NCBI GenBank assembly: GCA_964563185.1
Contig: CAZLXD010000001.1
Coordinates: 12,502 to 69,288 of the forward strand
From: an uncultured Chitinophaga sp.
GTDB lineage: Bacteria > Bacteroidota > Bacteroidia > Chitinophagales > LD1
Direction of reading: 5' to 3'
DNA length: 56,787 nucleotides
Position 1 is the stretch's first letter. Each line of letters starts with the position of its first letter. The notes beneath the pieces are model-generated. The model did no database searches. It was not told where the DNA came from and saw only the letters and a list, made by a program, of their open reading frames with translations. Shown one piece after another: positions 1 to 9,388 of the stretch. The position numbers and the translations under genes are program-made.

Positions 1-213
1 GGAAGCCCCGACACTGTTACTAATACCGGCACCTACACCTTTACGGACAATGACGAAAAGATTCTTCTGACACATACTGCTTATACCATGGTTGATACTG
101 TTTTGGTTCCGTCAATCGTTGAGCGGGAGTATACCATCTTTAATCTTACGAAAGACCATGTGCAACTCCGCAGCGATTCTTCGCAGCTTTACATGGAAAA
201 GAAAATGGAATAA
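1..213 (+). CDS. C-terminal fragment of a lipocalin-like domain protein (5' end lies outside the window)
   Basis: Frame 1 is open from base 1 to TAA at 211-213. Its tail (EREYTIFNLTKDHVQLRSDSSQLYMEKK) aligns with the tail of the next ORF (AIYRLLELTKSDLKLKKGNEEFYFGK), so it looks like a tandem paralogue. Confidence 0.45.
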   Translation, partial: GSPDTVTNTGTYTFTDNDEKILLTHTAYTMVDTVLVPSIVEREYTIFNLTKDHVQLRSDSSQLYMEKKME

Positions 214-236
214 TTAAACACCCTTAAACCCGCACC

Positions 237-722
237 GTGAAAAAATTTGTATTCGCTCTTTTGGCTCTTACTTTGGTTTTGGGAGCCTGTAACAAAAAAG
301 CCTTTCTTAAAAAACTGACAGGAACCTGGAAGTTAGACCGCTACCTGTTTGACGGACTGGAGCGCACGCTTTATTTCGATACCACTTTCCGCGATTATAC
401 GCTGAACCTGAACGAAGACCAGTATTACAGCATTAACTACAACTCGTATTCGTTTGCGCCCGACTCTCTGATTTTGGTAGATACTCTCGGTTACGATAGC
501 GTAAACATGGTTTACATTATCAACTCCGATACTTTCCGCTTTATGGATACCACTATTACTCCACACTTAGAAACGGGTATATGGGATTTGATAAACAGCG
601 ATGAGGATTTGCAGTTGCGTAACGACAGTTCGAACAACGTGGCTATTTACCGCTTGTTGGAGCTAACTAAAAGCGACCTGAAGCTGAAAAAAGGAAACGA
701 GGAGTTTTACTTCGGAAAATAA
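237..722 (+). CDS. Lipoprotein, lipocalin-like domain (hypothetical)
   Basis: GTG start. N-terminus MKKFVFALLALTLVLGAC is a lipoprotein signal peptide with a lipobox Cys. Paralogous to the upstream fragment. Confidence 0.7.
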   Translation: MKKFVFALLALTLVLGACNKKAFLKKLTGTWKLDRYLFDGLERTLYFDTTFRDYTLNLNEDQYYSINYNSYSFAPDSLILVDTLGYDSVNMVYIINSDTFRFMDTTITPHLETGIWDLINSDEDLQLRNDSSNNVAIYRLLELTKSDLKLKKGNEEFYFGK

Positions 723-740
723 CCCAACCAACCCTAGTAA

Positions 741-768
741 AAGAGCCGCCTTCGGGTGGCTTTTTTAT
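741..768. terminator. Hairpin plus T-run between convergent genes (possible bidirectional intrinsic terminator)
   Basis: AGCCGCC-TTCG-GGTGGCT stem-loop at about 744-761, followed by TTTTTT and preceded by AAAAG. It lies between the stop at 722 and the convergent stop at 765. Confidence 0.5.
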
Positions 769-1625
769 TTTACCGCCTCTACCAAAAAGCCCTTCTTACG
801 CAGCAGTTCAATTACTCCCTTTTCACCGGGTAAGTGCAACGCGCCTACAGCAATAAATACCTGTTGCTTAGCGGTAAAATCGGCAATGCGGTTGGCCATT
901 CTCCGGTTGCGATCGGTAATTAATGCTTTGTAAAATTTTTCGGGCATAGGGTCTTTATCGTTCAACAACAACAGGCTATCAAGATTTTGTGCCAGATAAT
1001 GGCGTACCATTTCCTGCATCACATCTTCGCTGTTCTCATACTTACGCAATTCTTCCACTAGCATATCGGCCTGCTCCTGATAACTGAGCGTATTCAGCGC
1101 ATCCAATTGCTCGTCCAAAGTTTCTATACCCATCGTTTTCTTCTTTTCTTTTTTCGCCTTTTCGTAAAAGAAAAGATCTAACACCTGCTCGCCTTTCTGC
1201 GAAGAATCTCCGGATTCAATGCCTGCTGTTTGAAGAATCGTCATTACAAATATCGGAGCCATGTTGTCGAACAACTTCATGGAAAAACCCACTTGCTGCT
1301 TTACAATGGAATCTAGTATCAGATATTCCCGCTCAGGTATCATAGCCTTTAAGCTGTGGCCTTTGCCCATCATTAACTTACTCACCAACGATAGGTTGAA
1401 CGATTCCTTGGGGTCGAGTTCCATAGCATACATATTCGCCTCGGCAAAGTAGGGCATGGCAGCGTTGCTCATGTTTAAAACCCTTCTATCGGAAGTATGC
1501 ATGGTGCCAAACAGGTAAGAGGGCTTTTGTAATCCATTGCCTGAAATTTTCCAAAGGAGAGAGTTATACTGTGCGCTTAAGCTGAAATAAAGGAGGGTGC
1601 TAAGCGCAAAAAATAGTTTCTTCAT
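765..1625 (-). CDS. TraB/GumN family protein
   Basis: Signal peptide followed by LLWKISGNGLQKPSYLFGTMH, the characteristic TraB/GumN N-terminal block. C-terminal FIAVGALHLPGEKGV block is also present. Confidence 0.85.
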   Translation of the reverse strand: MKKLFFALSTLLYFSLSAQYNSLLWKISGNGLQKPSYLFGTMHTSDRRVLNMSNAAMPYFAEANMYAMELDPKESFNLSLVSKLMMGKGHSLKAMIPEREYLILDSIVKQQVGFSMKLFDNMAPIFVMTILQTAGIESGDSSQKGEQVLDLFFYEKAKKEKKKTMGIETLDEQLDALNTLSYQEQADMLVEELRKYENSEDVMQEMVRHYLAQNLDSLLLLNDKDPMPEKFYKALITDRNRRMANRIADFTAKQQVFIAVGALHLPGEKGVIELLRKKGFLVEAVK

Positions 1626-1672
1626 GCCGCTAATGTAATTTCACTTTTGTATTTGTAACCTAACGGGCTTTT

Positions 1673-2251
1673 ATGATAGTAATTGACGATAAAATAATTA
1701 GCGATGATGTGGTAGAGCAACAGTTTGTATGCGACCTGAATGCCTGCAAAGGCGCTTGTTGCGTAGAGGGCGAACTGGGCGCACCGCTTAATGAAGAAGA
1801 AACCAAAATACTGGAAGAAATTTATGAAACCGTAAAGCCTTATCTGCTGCCCGAAGGAATTGTAGCTATTGAAAAACAAGGTAAGTGGGTGCGCACCGAG
1901 GAAGAAGAAAAGTATAACACACCACTCATGAAAAAAGGCGGCTGCGCATGGATGAACTACGACAAGAACGGAGTGGTTATATGCGGCATAGAGAAAGCCT
2001 ATTTGGACGGAGTTGTAAAATGGAAGAAGCCCATTTCGTGCCACCTGTATCCTATACGCGTAACCAAGCAAAAGAAAACAGGGTATGATATGCTGAACTA
2101 CGAGCGATGGCATGTTTGCAAGGCTGCCTGCAAAAACGGTAAGGCATTAAAGGTTCCCGTTTACCGATTTTTGAAAGATGCCCTCATTAGTAAATACGGG
2201 GCCGAGTTTTACCGCGCGTTGGATGAATATGCTAAAACACAAGGCATTTAA
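1673..2251 (+). CDS. DUF3109 family protein (Cys-rich, putative Fe-S)
   Basis: N-terminus MIVIDDKIISDDVVEQQFVCDLNACKGACCVEGELGAPL matches the DUF3109 signature as I recall it. Confidence 0.8.
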   Translation: MIVIDDKIISDDVVEQQFVCDLNACKGACCVEGELGAPLNEEETKILEEIYETVKPYLLPEGIVAIEKQGKWVRTEEEEKYNTPLMKKGGCAWMNYDKNGVVICGIEKAYLDGVVKWKKPISCHLYPIRVTKQKKTGYDMLNYERWHVCKAACKNGKALKVPVYRFLKDALISKYGAEFYRALDEYAKTQGI

Positions 2252-2373
2252 TGCTTTTGTCCCTGTCTGTTTCTCTACTCAATATTTAATTACTTGTGAT
2301 AATGATTTCCCTGCTTAGCCGTTAATACAACAGCGCACGAATAAATTTGTGTGGGCGCATGGCGCTTTGCTGA

Positions 2374-4635
2374 ATGGGTAAAAAGGTTAGTTCCAAAGAT
2401 TTTAAGTTTTTCTTTAAGTGGACCCAAATTGCGCTATGGTCTTTTATAGCATTTGTTGCGCTTTTCTTTATTGGGGTTAACTATGGTTTGCTGGGCGAAA
2501 TGCCCAATCTGGTGGCCATTCAAAACCCGCGCAATGCGGTTTCCACCACCATCTACTCTTCCGACTATGAAGTGCTCGGCTCCTACTTTACCGAAAACCG
2601 CATTGAAGTTTCGTACGATGAACTTTCTCCGTACTTAGTGAAAGGCTTGGTAGCCACCGAGGACAAGCGCTTTTACAGCCACTCCGGTATTGATTTGAAA
2701 AGCCTTTTTCGTGCAGTGATTATGACCGGCATTCTACAACAGGATGAAGGCGGAGGAAGCACACTCACACAACAACTAACCAAAAACCTCTTTCATCAGG
2801 ATTTTGAAAGAGCAGGAAGGATAAAGCGCATTCTTCAAAAGATTAAAGAATGGGTATTGTCCGCCAAACTGGAGCGCACCTTTACTAAAGAAGAGCTGAT
2901 TGCCCTTTACCTGAACACCGTGGAGTTTGGTTCTATGTCGTACGGTATAAAAACCGCTTCGTTCACTTACTTCTACAAAACACCCAAAGACCTGAAAGCG
3001 GAAGAAGCTGCCCTGTTGATTGGTATTGTAAATGCGCCATCAAGGCTTAACCCCAAGCGCCATCCCGAGCGGGCCATTGTGCGCAGGAATTTAGTTTTAG
3101 AGAGAATGGCCGAAGCTAAAGTGATTAGTGCTGCACAGGCCAAAGATCTGAGCGCAAAGCCCATTAAGCTCAACTTCCACAACCCCGATTACCGCGAAGG
3201 AACGGCTACTTACATTCGCGAATACATTCGCCAGGAACTGAAAAACTGGTGCGATAAGAACCCGAAGCCCGGTGGCGAAAAGTGGAACATATACGAAGAC
3301 GGCCTAAAGGTGTTTACTACCATTGATTCGCGTATGCAAAAGTATGCCGAAGATGCCACCACAGAACACCTTACCTTTTTGCAGGATGCCTATTTTAAAG
3401 AATGGAAAGGCAAAGAGCCCTGGAAATTCGGTTACCGCGCCAAGCCCGATTTGCTGGATAAAATGATGAAGCAAAGCGAGCGCTACCGGGGCATGAAGGC
3501 AGAAGGTAAGTCGGAGGCAGAAATTAAAAAGGCATTCAACACTAAAGCCGAAATGACTGTGTTTAGCTGGCATGGCGACAAGTCGGTAAGCGTGGATACG
3601 GTGATGAGCCCGCTTGATTCGCTGCGCTATTACCTGCAAATAATACAGCTTGGTTTCCTTGCCGTGGACGCTAAAACCGGTGAAGTAAAAGCCTGGGTAG
3701 GCGGGCCTAACATTCGTTACTTTCAACTGGACCACGTAAAGAAAAGCACCAAGCGGCAGGTGGGTTCTACCATGAAACCCTTTGTATATGCTGCGGCTAT
3801 TGATAAAGGCTTTGACCCCTGCACGCCTATTGCCTATCTGCCTCCTAAATTTGAAGGCATTGATGCAAACTGGAACCCATCGGGAACAGACAAGTGGAAA
3901 GATGGCGACCTGGTGCCCATGCAGGAGGGCTTGTGGTTTTCCGATAACCGGGTTACGGCCAATATTGTAAGCTCGCTGATAACCCCGCAGGAGTTGGTGG
4001 ATTTTGCCCGTAAAATGCAAATAGAAAGCGACCTGGATGCCGTGCCGGCTTTATCGCTGGGGGTAAGCGACATTTCCTTATTTGAAATGGTGGCAGCTTA
4101 TACCGCCTTTGCTAACCTGGGCACTTACAGCAAGCCGTTTTTTATTAAGCGCATTGAAGATAAAGACGGCAACGTGCTGGCCCGCTTTGGCGAAACACAC
4201 ACCGAAGCTATTCCCGAAAAAACAGCTTATGTAACTAGCGAAATGATGAAGGGGGTTATTAATAAAGGAACCGGTGCCCGCTTGCGTTCGCGGTATGGTT
4301 TGCAAATGCCGCTGGCCGGTAAAACCGGAACCACACAAGCTAATGCCGATGCCTGGTTTATGTGCTACAACCCGGATATTGTGGTGGGTGCCTGGATTGG
4401 CTTTGAACAACCAAGCGTTCACTTTGCTTCTAACTCATCGGGGGCGGGTGCTACAGCGGCTTTGCCTATTGTGGGCAGCTTTATGCGCAAGGCTTTTAAC
4501 GACCGCTCGCTGCAATTAAAGAAGGATGATTTTAGCCTGTCCTCCGACTCGAGCATTACAGTAAACTTTGATTGCAGTGTTGTGCCCAACGATTCTACTA
4601 AACCGAAAGAAACAACTCCTGTAACGGGGTTCTAA
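2374..4635 (+). CDS. mrcA: Penicillin-binding protein 1A (bifunctional transglycosylase/transpeptidase)
   Basis: N-terminal TM helix. GT51 motifs EDKRFYSHSGID and GGSTLTQQL. Transpeptidase motifs STMKP (SxxK) and KTGTT. Confidence 0.9.
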   Translation: MGKKVSSKDFKFFFKWTQIALWSFIAFVALFFIGVNYGLLGEMPNLVAIQNPRNAVSTTIYSSDYEVLGSYFTENRIEVSYDELSPYLVKGLVATEDKRFYSHSGIDLKSLFRAVIMTGILQQDEGGGSTLTQQLTKNLFHQDFERAGRIKRILQKIKEWVLSAKLERTFTKEELIALYLNTVEFGSMSYGIKTASFTYFYKTPKDLKAEEAALLIGIVNAPSRLNPKRHPERAIVRRNLVLERMAEAKVISAAQAKDLSAKPIKLNFHNPDYREGTATYIREYIRQELKNWCDKNPKPGGEKWNIYEDGLKVFTTIDSRMQKYAEDATTEHLTFLQDAYFKEWKGKEPWKFGYRAKPDLLDKMMKQSERYRGMKAEGKSEAEIKKAFNTKAEMTVFSWHGDKSVSVDTVMSPLDSLRYYLQIIQLGFLAVDAKTGEVKAWVGGPNIRYFQLDHVKKSTKRQVGSTMKPFVYAAAIDKGFDPCTPIAYLPPKFEGIDANWNPSGTDKWKDGDLVPMQEGLWFSDNRVTANIVSSLITPQELVDFARKMQIESDLDAVPALSLGVSDISLFEMVAAYTAFANLGTYSKPFFIKRIEDKDGNVLARFGETHTEAIPEKTAYVTSEMMKGVINKGTGARLRSRYGLQMPLAGKTGTTQANADAWFMCYNPDIVVGAWIGFEQPSVHFASNSSGAGATAALPIVGSFMRKAFNDRSLQLKKDDFSLSSDSSITVNFDCSVVPNDSTKPKETTPVTGF

Positions 4636-4638
4636 ACC

Positions 4639-5340
4639 ATGATGCTTCCGGGAAAAATTTATCTCATTCCTTCTTTCCTTGGCGAGGACAATCCTTCCAT
4701 CATTCCACAGCAAGTAAAAGATGTGGTAAACGACTTGAATGAGTTTATTGTAGAAGACCTGCGCACTGCCCGAAGATACCTTCGTGCTATTGGCTACACG
4801 AAGAATTTTGACACGGAAGTAACCCTGCACGAACTGGATAAACATGCTACAAAACAGGACTGTAACGTATTGTTGCAAAATGTTCTACGAGGAAAAAACT
4901 GCGGGCTTATTTCAGAGGCTGGAAACCCCTGCATTGCCGATCCGGGGAATGAAATTGTGGCCTTTGCACACAAGAAGAACATTGAAGTAATTGCACTGGT
5001 GGGGCCCTCTTCCATATTGCTCGCACTCATTGCTTCGGGGTTTAACGGGCAACAGTTTTCGTTTAACGGTTACCTGCCTATTAAAGAACCCGACAGAAGC
5101 AGGAAAATAAAACACTTAGAAGGCATTTCGCGCGGCACCACACAAATATTTATGGAAACGCCCTTCCGTAACCAGAAGCTGTTGGATGAACTGCTGAAAA
5201 CCTGTGCCGATACCACTCACCTGTGCATAGCCTGCGACCTTACCCTTTCCACACAATTCATAAAAACAAAAACCATTAAGGAGTGGAAACAACAAAAGCC
5301 TGAACTGAATAAACGCTACTGTATTTTTTTGATGGGATAG
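4639..5340 (+). CDS. SAM-dependent methyltransferase, tetrapyrrole-methylase (RsmI-like) fold
   Basis: N-terminal YLIPSFLGE block, GLISEAGNPCIADPG block, and a typical 233 aa length. Starts 3 nt after the PBP1A stop. Confidence 0.75.
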   Translation: MMLPGKIYLIPSFLGEDNPSIIPQQVKDVVNDLNEFIVEDLRTARRYLRAIGYTKNFDTEVTLHELDKHATKQDCNVLLQNVLRGKNCGLISEAGNPCIADPGNEIVAFAHKKNIEVIALVGPSSILLALIASGFNGQQFSFNGYLPIKEPDRSRKIKHLEGISRGTTQIFMETPFRNQKLLDELLKTCADTTHLCIACDLTLSTQFIKTKTIKEWKQQKPELNKRYCIFLMG

Positions 5341-5590
5341 ATTCTCTTCTTACTTTAGTATGCATGAGTAAAAAGGAAAATGTTTATTCGTAATTATAGG
5401 CCAGGCAATTTTCCCGGAGGTAAGCACATTTTAATTCTGCGGCATCAACAGAAGGTTAAATAAACAGACTAATCATTTGATCTATTCAGTTTTTCGCATT
5501 TCCTCGCAATGACGCTCCTCTTTTTCTTATCGGTTACAACCGAAACAAATATAAAACAGGGGAATGGGTAGTTAGAACTGAATGAAACGG

Positions 5591-5836
5591 TTAATTCAAA
5601 CTCATTTCAAACAGCACGGCATTGGTAATAATGGTTTCGGCTGCCGGCCTGAAGATATTGTAGGTGTGGCCATTAATTTTTACAATAATGGAGCTATGGT
5701 CCTTGGAGTTAAACTGCACTTCCACCACAGCACCGGGGAAAACCCCCATTTCAAACAATTTTTCGCATAGTCGCGAATTCTTCATGTCTACAATGTAGGC
5801 ACGCTCACCGGCACTTAACTTATCTAACGATTTCAA
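5591..5836 (-). CDS. FeoA family protein (orphan, no feoB downstream)
   Basis: 81 aa with the FeoA SH3-like pattern (LSAGERAYIVDM...LCEKLFEMGVFPGAVVEV). Confidence 0.8.
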   Translation of the reverse strand: MKSLDKLSAGERAYIVDMKNSRLCEKLFEMGVFPGAVVEVQFNSKDHSSIIVKINGHTYNIFRPAAETIITNAVLFEMSLN

Positions 5837-5899
5837 ATTACTTTAGGTTTAGTATCAGTAATTTACGCGAAGGTTAAGTGCTTGTCAAGGGGTTGCGGG

Positions 5900-6436
5900 T
5901 TAATTTTCTTCGCCCTTGTCTTTTTTCTTCTTTCCGGTGCTGGCGACAGCTAATTTTTCAAACTCCTTGTCAATATAGTAAAGGCTTTGGGGGCCTCCGC
6001 CAATCAGCTTTATTTTATCGAGTATGCGCTTAAACTGCACCTCTTCTTCCTTCTGCTCATCTACAAAAAAGCGCAAAAAGTCTTCGGTAGCATGGTCGCC
6101 TTCGGCCTTGGCCAGGGTAATTATTTTATAAATAGCCTTGGTTACCTTTTGCTCGTGACCCAGAGCCATTTCCACCGCTTCAGAAATAGATTTGAAGTTA
6201 TATTTAGGAGCCTTTAACTGCGGTACCAGCGCGTGGCCGCCCACTTCGTTTATGTACGAAAAGAACTTCATAAAGTGGGTGTTCTCTTCCGAAGATTGCT
6301 TGTAGAAAAACTTGGCGGTGCCCTCAAAGCCCTCCACATCGCACCACGAGGCTACGGCTAAGTAACTGTAATTAGCTGCCATTTCCAGTTCCAGGTGTTC
6401 GTTGAGTGCTTTCTCAACTTTCTTAGATATTATCAT
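5900..6436 (-). CDS. Ferritin (non-haem, Ftn type)
   Basis: KVEKALNEHLELEMAANYSYLAVASW and EENTHFMKF ferroxidase-centre blocks. 178 aa with a Lys-rich tail. Confidence 0.9.
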   Translation of the reverse strand: MIISKKVEKALNEHLELEMAANYSYLAVASWCDVEGFEGTAKFFYKQSSEENTHFMKFFSYINEVGGHALVPQLKAPKYNFKSISEAVEMALGHEQKVTKAIYKIITLAKAEGDHATEDFLRFFVDEQKEEEVQFKRILDKIKLIGGGPQSLYYIDKEFEKLAVASTGKKKKDKGEEN

Positions 6437-6443
6437 AATTAAA

Positions 6444-6581
6444 TCAGTGTTTTAAACGGTGGCCGCCAAAAGTGGGGCAGTCGCATTTGTTTGCCTTGCA
6501 CCCCGGCAGAGAAGTTGCCAGCAGCACAACCGTAAGCACTAAAACACCTAAACGGGCAATAAGTTTTATTTGCTTTGTCAT
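6444..6581 (-). CDS. Unannotated small lipoprotein ORF (45 aa, Cys-rich)
   Basis: ATG (complement of 6579-6581) to TGA (complement of 6444-6446) gives MTKQIKLIARLGVLVLTVVLLATSLPGCKANKCDCPTFGGHRLKH. It has a signal peptide, a lipobox (LPGC) and a CxxxxCxC tail. It is below the 60-aa ORF-track cutoff and ends 7 nt before the ferritin start, on the same strand. Confidence 0.35.
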   Translation of the reverse strand: MTKQIKLIARLGVLVLTVVLLATSLPGCKANKCDCPTFGGHRLKH

Positions 6582-6618
6582 AATCTGTAACAACGTCCGA
6601 AAACGAAAATAATTATTT

Positions 6619-7674
6619 GTGCCGGAAGCAAAACGCGTGCTTTACTGTGTGTTGGATTGGGGGCTGGGCCATGCCGCGCGCAGTATTCCGGTTATAGAAG
6701 AATTGTTGTTGCAGCGCCACGAAGTTGTTTTGGCAGCAAACGGCCATGCGCTGGCTTACCTGCGGGAGCAGTTTCCCGCATTAAAAAGCTATGAGCTTCC
6801 CGCTTACAATCCTGTTTACCCCAAAGGCAGCCACATGGTTTGGGCAATGGCCGGGCAGTTGCCCAAGTTTACAGCCACCATTAACCGCGAGCAAAAAGAA
6901 ACAGAACGCCTTGTTAAGGAAGAAAATATTGACTGCGTAGTTTCCGACAACCGCTATGGCTGCTATTCAAAAAAAGTAAAGTCTGTTTTTATTACCCATC
7001 AGGTGCATTTGCTAATGCCCGCCAGGTGGATGGAATGGGGAATGAATGCCCTGAACCGAAAGCTGCTGGGCAAGTACAGCGAATGTTGGATACCTGCCAA
7101 TGATGAGCAACTGATTCCAAGTTTATTACAGGGGCGCGAAAGGCTGAACACCCGGTTTATAGGTTATCTCTCGCGGCTAAAGCCCATGGCTTTGCCGAAG
7201 AAGTATAAGGTGCTGGCAATATGCTCGGGCCCCGAACCACAGCGAAGTATTTTCGAAAGAATGGTTTCTGCCAAACTTCAGGATGCAGCTTACCCGAATA
7301 AAGTGGTGCGTGGGGTGGTGAATCATGAACAGAAGATTTTCCGTTCGGAAAACAACACCACTATAATAAACCACCTGAATTCGGAAGAGATGAACAGAGC
7401 CATTGCGGAAAGTGAACTGGTAATTTCGCGTTCGGGCTACAGCACCGTTATGGACTTAATGAGGCTTGGCAGTAAAGCCGTATTTGTTCCTACCCCCGGG
7501 CAAACCGAGCAGGAATATCTGGCGCGGGTGCTAAAAGAAAAACAGATTGCTTACAGCATTGCGCAAAACGAATTCAGTTTTGAAAAAGCCTTAAAAGAAT
7601 CGGAACATTATACTGGCTTTCAGAACTTAATGGAGAATTCCCTTCTTTTGAAACGCGCAGTAGAAACTATCTGA
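6619..7674 (+). CDS. Glycosyltransferase (MurG/GT28-like, GT-B fold)
   Basis: N-terminal VLDWGLGHAARS glycine loop typical of MurG/UDP-glycosyltransferase-like enzymes. C-terminal SRSGYSTVMDL and PTPGQTEQEYLA blocks. GTG start at 6619, with an alternative GTG at 6634. Confidence 0.75.
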   Translation: MPEAKRVLYCVLDWGLGHAARSIPVIEELLLQRHEVVLAANGHALAYLREQFPALKSYELPAYNPVYPKGSHMVWAMAGQLPKFTATINREQKETERLVKEENIDCVVSDNRYGCYSKKVKSVFITHQVHLLMPARWMEWGMNALNRKLLGKYSECWIPANDEQLIPSLLQGRERLNTRFIGYLSRLKPMALPKKYKVLAICSGPEPQRSIFERMVSAKLQDAAYPNKVVRGVVNHEQKIFRSENNTTIINHLNSEEMNRAIAESELVISRSGYSTVMDLMRLGSKAVFVPTPGQTEQEYLARVLKEKQIAYSIAQNEFSFEKALKESEHYTGFQNLMENSLLLKRAVETI

Positions 7675-8031
7675 ATGAAATTTATACGCGGTTTTGGTTA
7701 CGCTATTAACGGCATATTGATGGCCGTAAAAGAGCAGTTGAATTTGAAAGTACACCTGCTGGCAATGGGGTGTGTTATAGCCGCGGGCTTTTTCTTTGCG
7801 TTGAATACTACCGAATGGGCTATTGTACTGCTCACCTTCGGTTTAGTACTGGTAGCCGAAATGGTAAACACCGCTATTGAATACTTAGTGGATTTTGTTT
7901 CGCCCGAACACCACCCACAGGCCGGCAAGGTAAAAGATGTGGCGGCCGGTGCCGTTCTTATTTCTGCTATTATTGCGGGCGTTGTAGGCCTGTTAATCTT
8001 CGGCAACAAATTTTTAATGCTTGTTTTATGA
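7675..8031 (+). CDS. dgkA: Diacylglycerol kinase family protein
   Basis: 118 aa with three TM helices and the EMVNTAIE motif. The ATG directly follows the upstream stop (TGAATG). Confidence 0.85.
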   Translation: MKFIRGFGYAINGILMAVKEQLNLKVHLLAMGCVIAAGFFFALNTTEWAIVLLTFGLVLVAEMVNTAIEYLVDFVSPEHHPQAGKVKDVAAGAVLISAIIAGVVGLLIFGNKFLMLVL

Positions 8032-8741
8032 GGAACATTTTTCTGATTACTGCTCTTTTGTTTTGCAACATTCTTATTGCCCAAAGCAATTTTGAAGGAA
8101 CGCTAACGGTTACCTACACCAACGGCAAAGAGCAGCCGGTTGTTGCCGATGTAAAAATTAAAGGCCATCAGGTTTACATGAAGCAAAAGCAGAACGGAAA
8201 TGCCAAGTACGATTTCTTTGTGCTCGACCTGCAAACCAAAATTTTCTATACCGTTTCCACCCCCGACAAAAAAGTAATTATCAGCTACGATTACGACAAG
8301 CTGGCAAAGTATTACGAAGTACACAACCTGAAAGAAGGCTACAAAACCGATTACAAACTGGCCTTTAAACCAACCGATAAAACCAAAGAGGAAAACGGAA
8401 TGGTGTTAACTAAATCGCTAGCGGAAGATGACATTCTGAAAGCTACGGTTTGGACCACTTCGCTTAAAATCCCTTTCAATGAACTGATTCCTGTATTGCG
8501 CCTTTTAAACAACTGGAACGAAGCCCAAGCGGGCGAGCAGGCTGTTTTGGAAGCAGAGGTTAACAATAAAATCAGCAAAAAGGAAACTACGGTGAAGGTA
8601 GTGGTGAAGAAAGAAACCATCTCGAAAGATGTTTTCAAACTGCCGAAGGATTACCTCACGAAAGATTTCAGCATACTAATGGAGCAGGAAAAGGATAACG
8701 GCAAACTGCCTGCTATCGTTCAGTCGTTTGCCTCGTTCTAA
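8028..8741 (+). CDS. Secreted hypothetical protein (DUF4412-like)
   Basis: Signal peptide MRNIFLITALLFCNILIAQ. A 4-nt ATGA overlap with dgkA implies co-translation in one operon. The family assignment is from memory only. Confidence 0.6.
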   Translation: MRNIFLITALLFCNILIAQSNFEGTLTVTYTNGKEQPVVADVKIKGHQVYMKQKQNGNAKYDFFVLDLQTKIFYTVSTPDKKVIISYDYDKLAKYYEVHNLKEGYKTDYKLAFKPTDKTKEENGMVLTKSLAEDDILKATVWTTSLKIPFNELIPVLRLLNNWNEAQAGEQAVLEAEVNNKISKKETTVKVVVKKETISKDVFKLPKDYLTKDFSILMEQEKDNGKLPAIVQSFASF

Positions 8742-9370
8742 GCTTCGGTAGCAGCGGGTGCCGCCACTTCATTTTCGTGGGCAAAAAACTGCTTCTGAAA
8801 AATAAGGATGATAAACACGCCTACCGTAATGGCCGCATCAGCTATGTTGAAGATAAAGCGGAAAAACTCAAAATACTCTCCGCCCCAAATAGGCAGCCAC
8901 TCGGGAAAAAATCCGTGAAACAGCGGGAACCAAAGCATATCTACCACTAAGCCCTGCATCCAGCCGGAATAACCGCCTTCAGCCGGAAACACTTTTGCTA
9001 CACCATGATAACTATCGGAAAAAATAACTCCGTAAAAGGTGCCGTCAATCATGTTGCCGATAGCTCCCGCCAAAATCATGGAAACTGCCAGCGTAAAACC
9101 CCAATGTGCTTTTTCTTTAATAATGCGCGACAAATACCAAATGCCTCCGGTAACCGCCACCAACCTGAAACCGCTCAGGAATAACTTGCCCCAAACGCCC
9201 GGTAACACCATGCCAAAAGCCATTCCCGGGTTTTCGGTAAAGTGAATGCGAAACCAGTTGGCAATTACAAACTCCTGCCCCAGCATCATGTTTGTTTTTA
9301 CCCAAATCTTGAGAACCTGGTCGAGTAGAATAATGCCGATTACTATTATCGCTGCTACGTATCCTTTCAT
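8738..9370 (-). CDS. lspA: Lipoprotein signal peptidase II
   Basis: Four TM segments, NPGMAFG and FNIADAAITVG motifs. Located immediately downstream of ileS, which is the conserved ileS-lspA arrangement. Confidence 0.9.
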   Translation of the reverse strand: MKGYVAAIIVIGIILLDQVLKIWVKTNMMLGQEFVIANWFRIHFTENPGMAFGMVLPGVWGKLFLSGFRLVAVTGGIWYLSRIIKEKAHWGFTLAVSMILAGAIGNMIDGTFYGVIFSDSYHGVAKVFPAEGGYSGWMQGLVVDMLWFPLFHGFFPEWLPIWGGEYFEFFRFIFNIADAAITVGVFIILIFQKQFFAHENEVAAPAATEA

Positions 9371-9388
9371 AGTTTATTTCCCGCACTT

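Noticed and set aside
1622-2113. 163-aa minus-strand ORF overlapping the DUF3109 gene
   Set aside because: It is a shadow ORF of the well-supported plus-strand DUF3109 gene, with atypical composition.
3304-4020. 238-aa minus-strand ORF inside the PBP1A gene
   Set aside because: It lies entirely within a high-confidence gene on the other strand, has a His/Arg/Phe-rich nonsense-like composition, and shows no recognisable motif.
5341-5590. Possible feoB pseudogene or tRNA/ncRNA in the 250-bp gap after feoA
   Set aside because: I saw no FeoB-like G-domain motif (GxPNxGKS) in any frame I translated and no tRNA-like T-arm (GGTTCGAAT). Only one dispersed-motif copy and a weak CGGTT-AC-AACCG hairpin are present.
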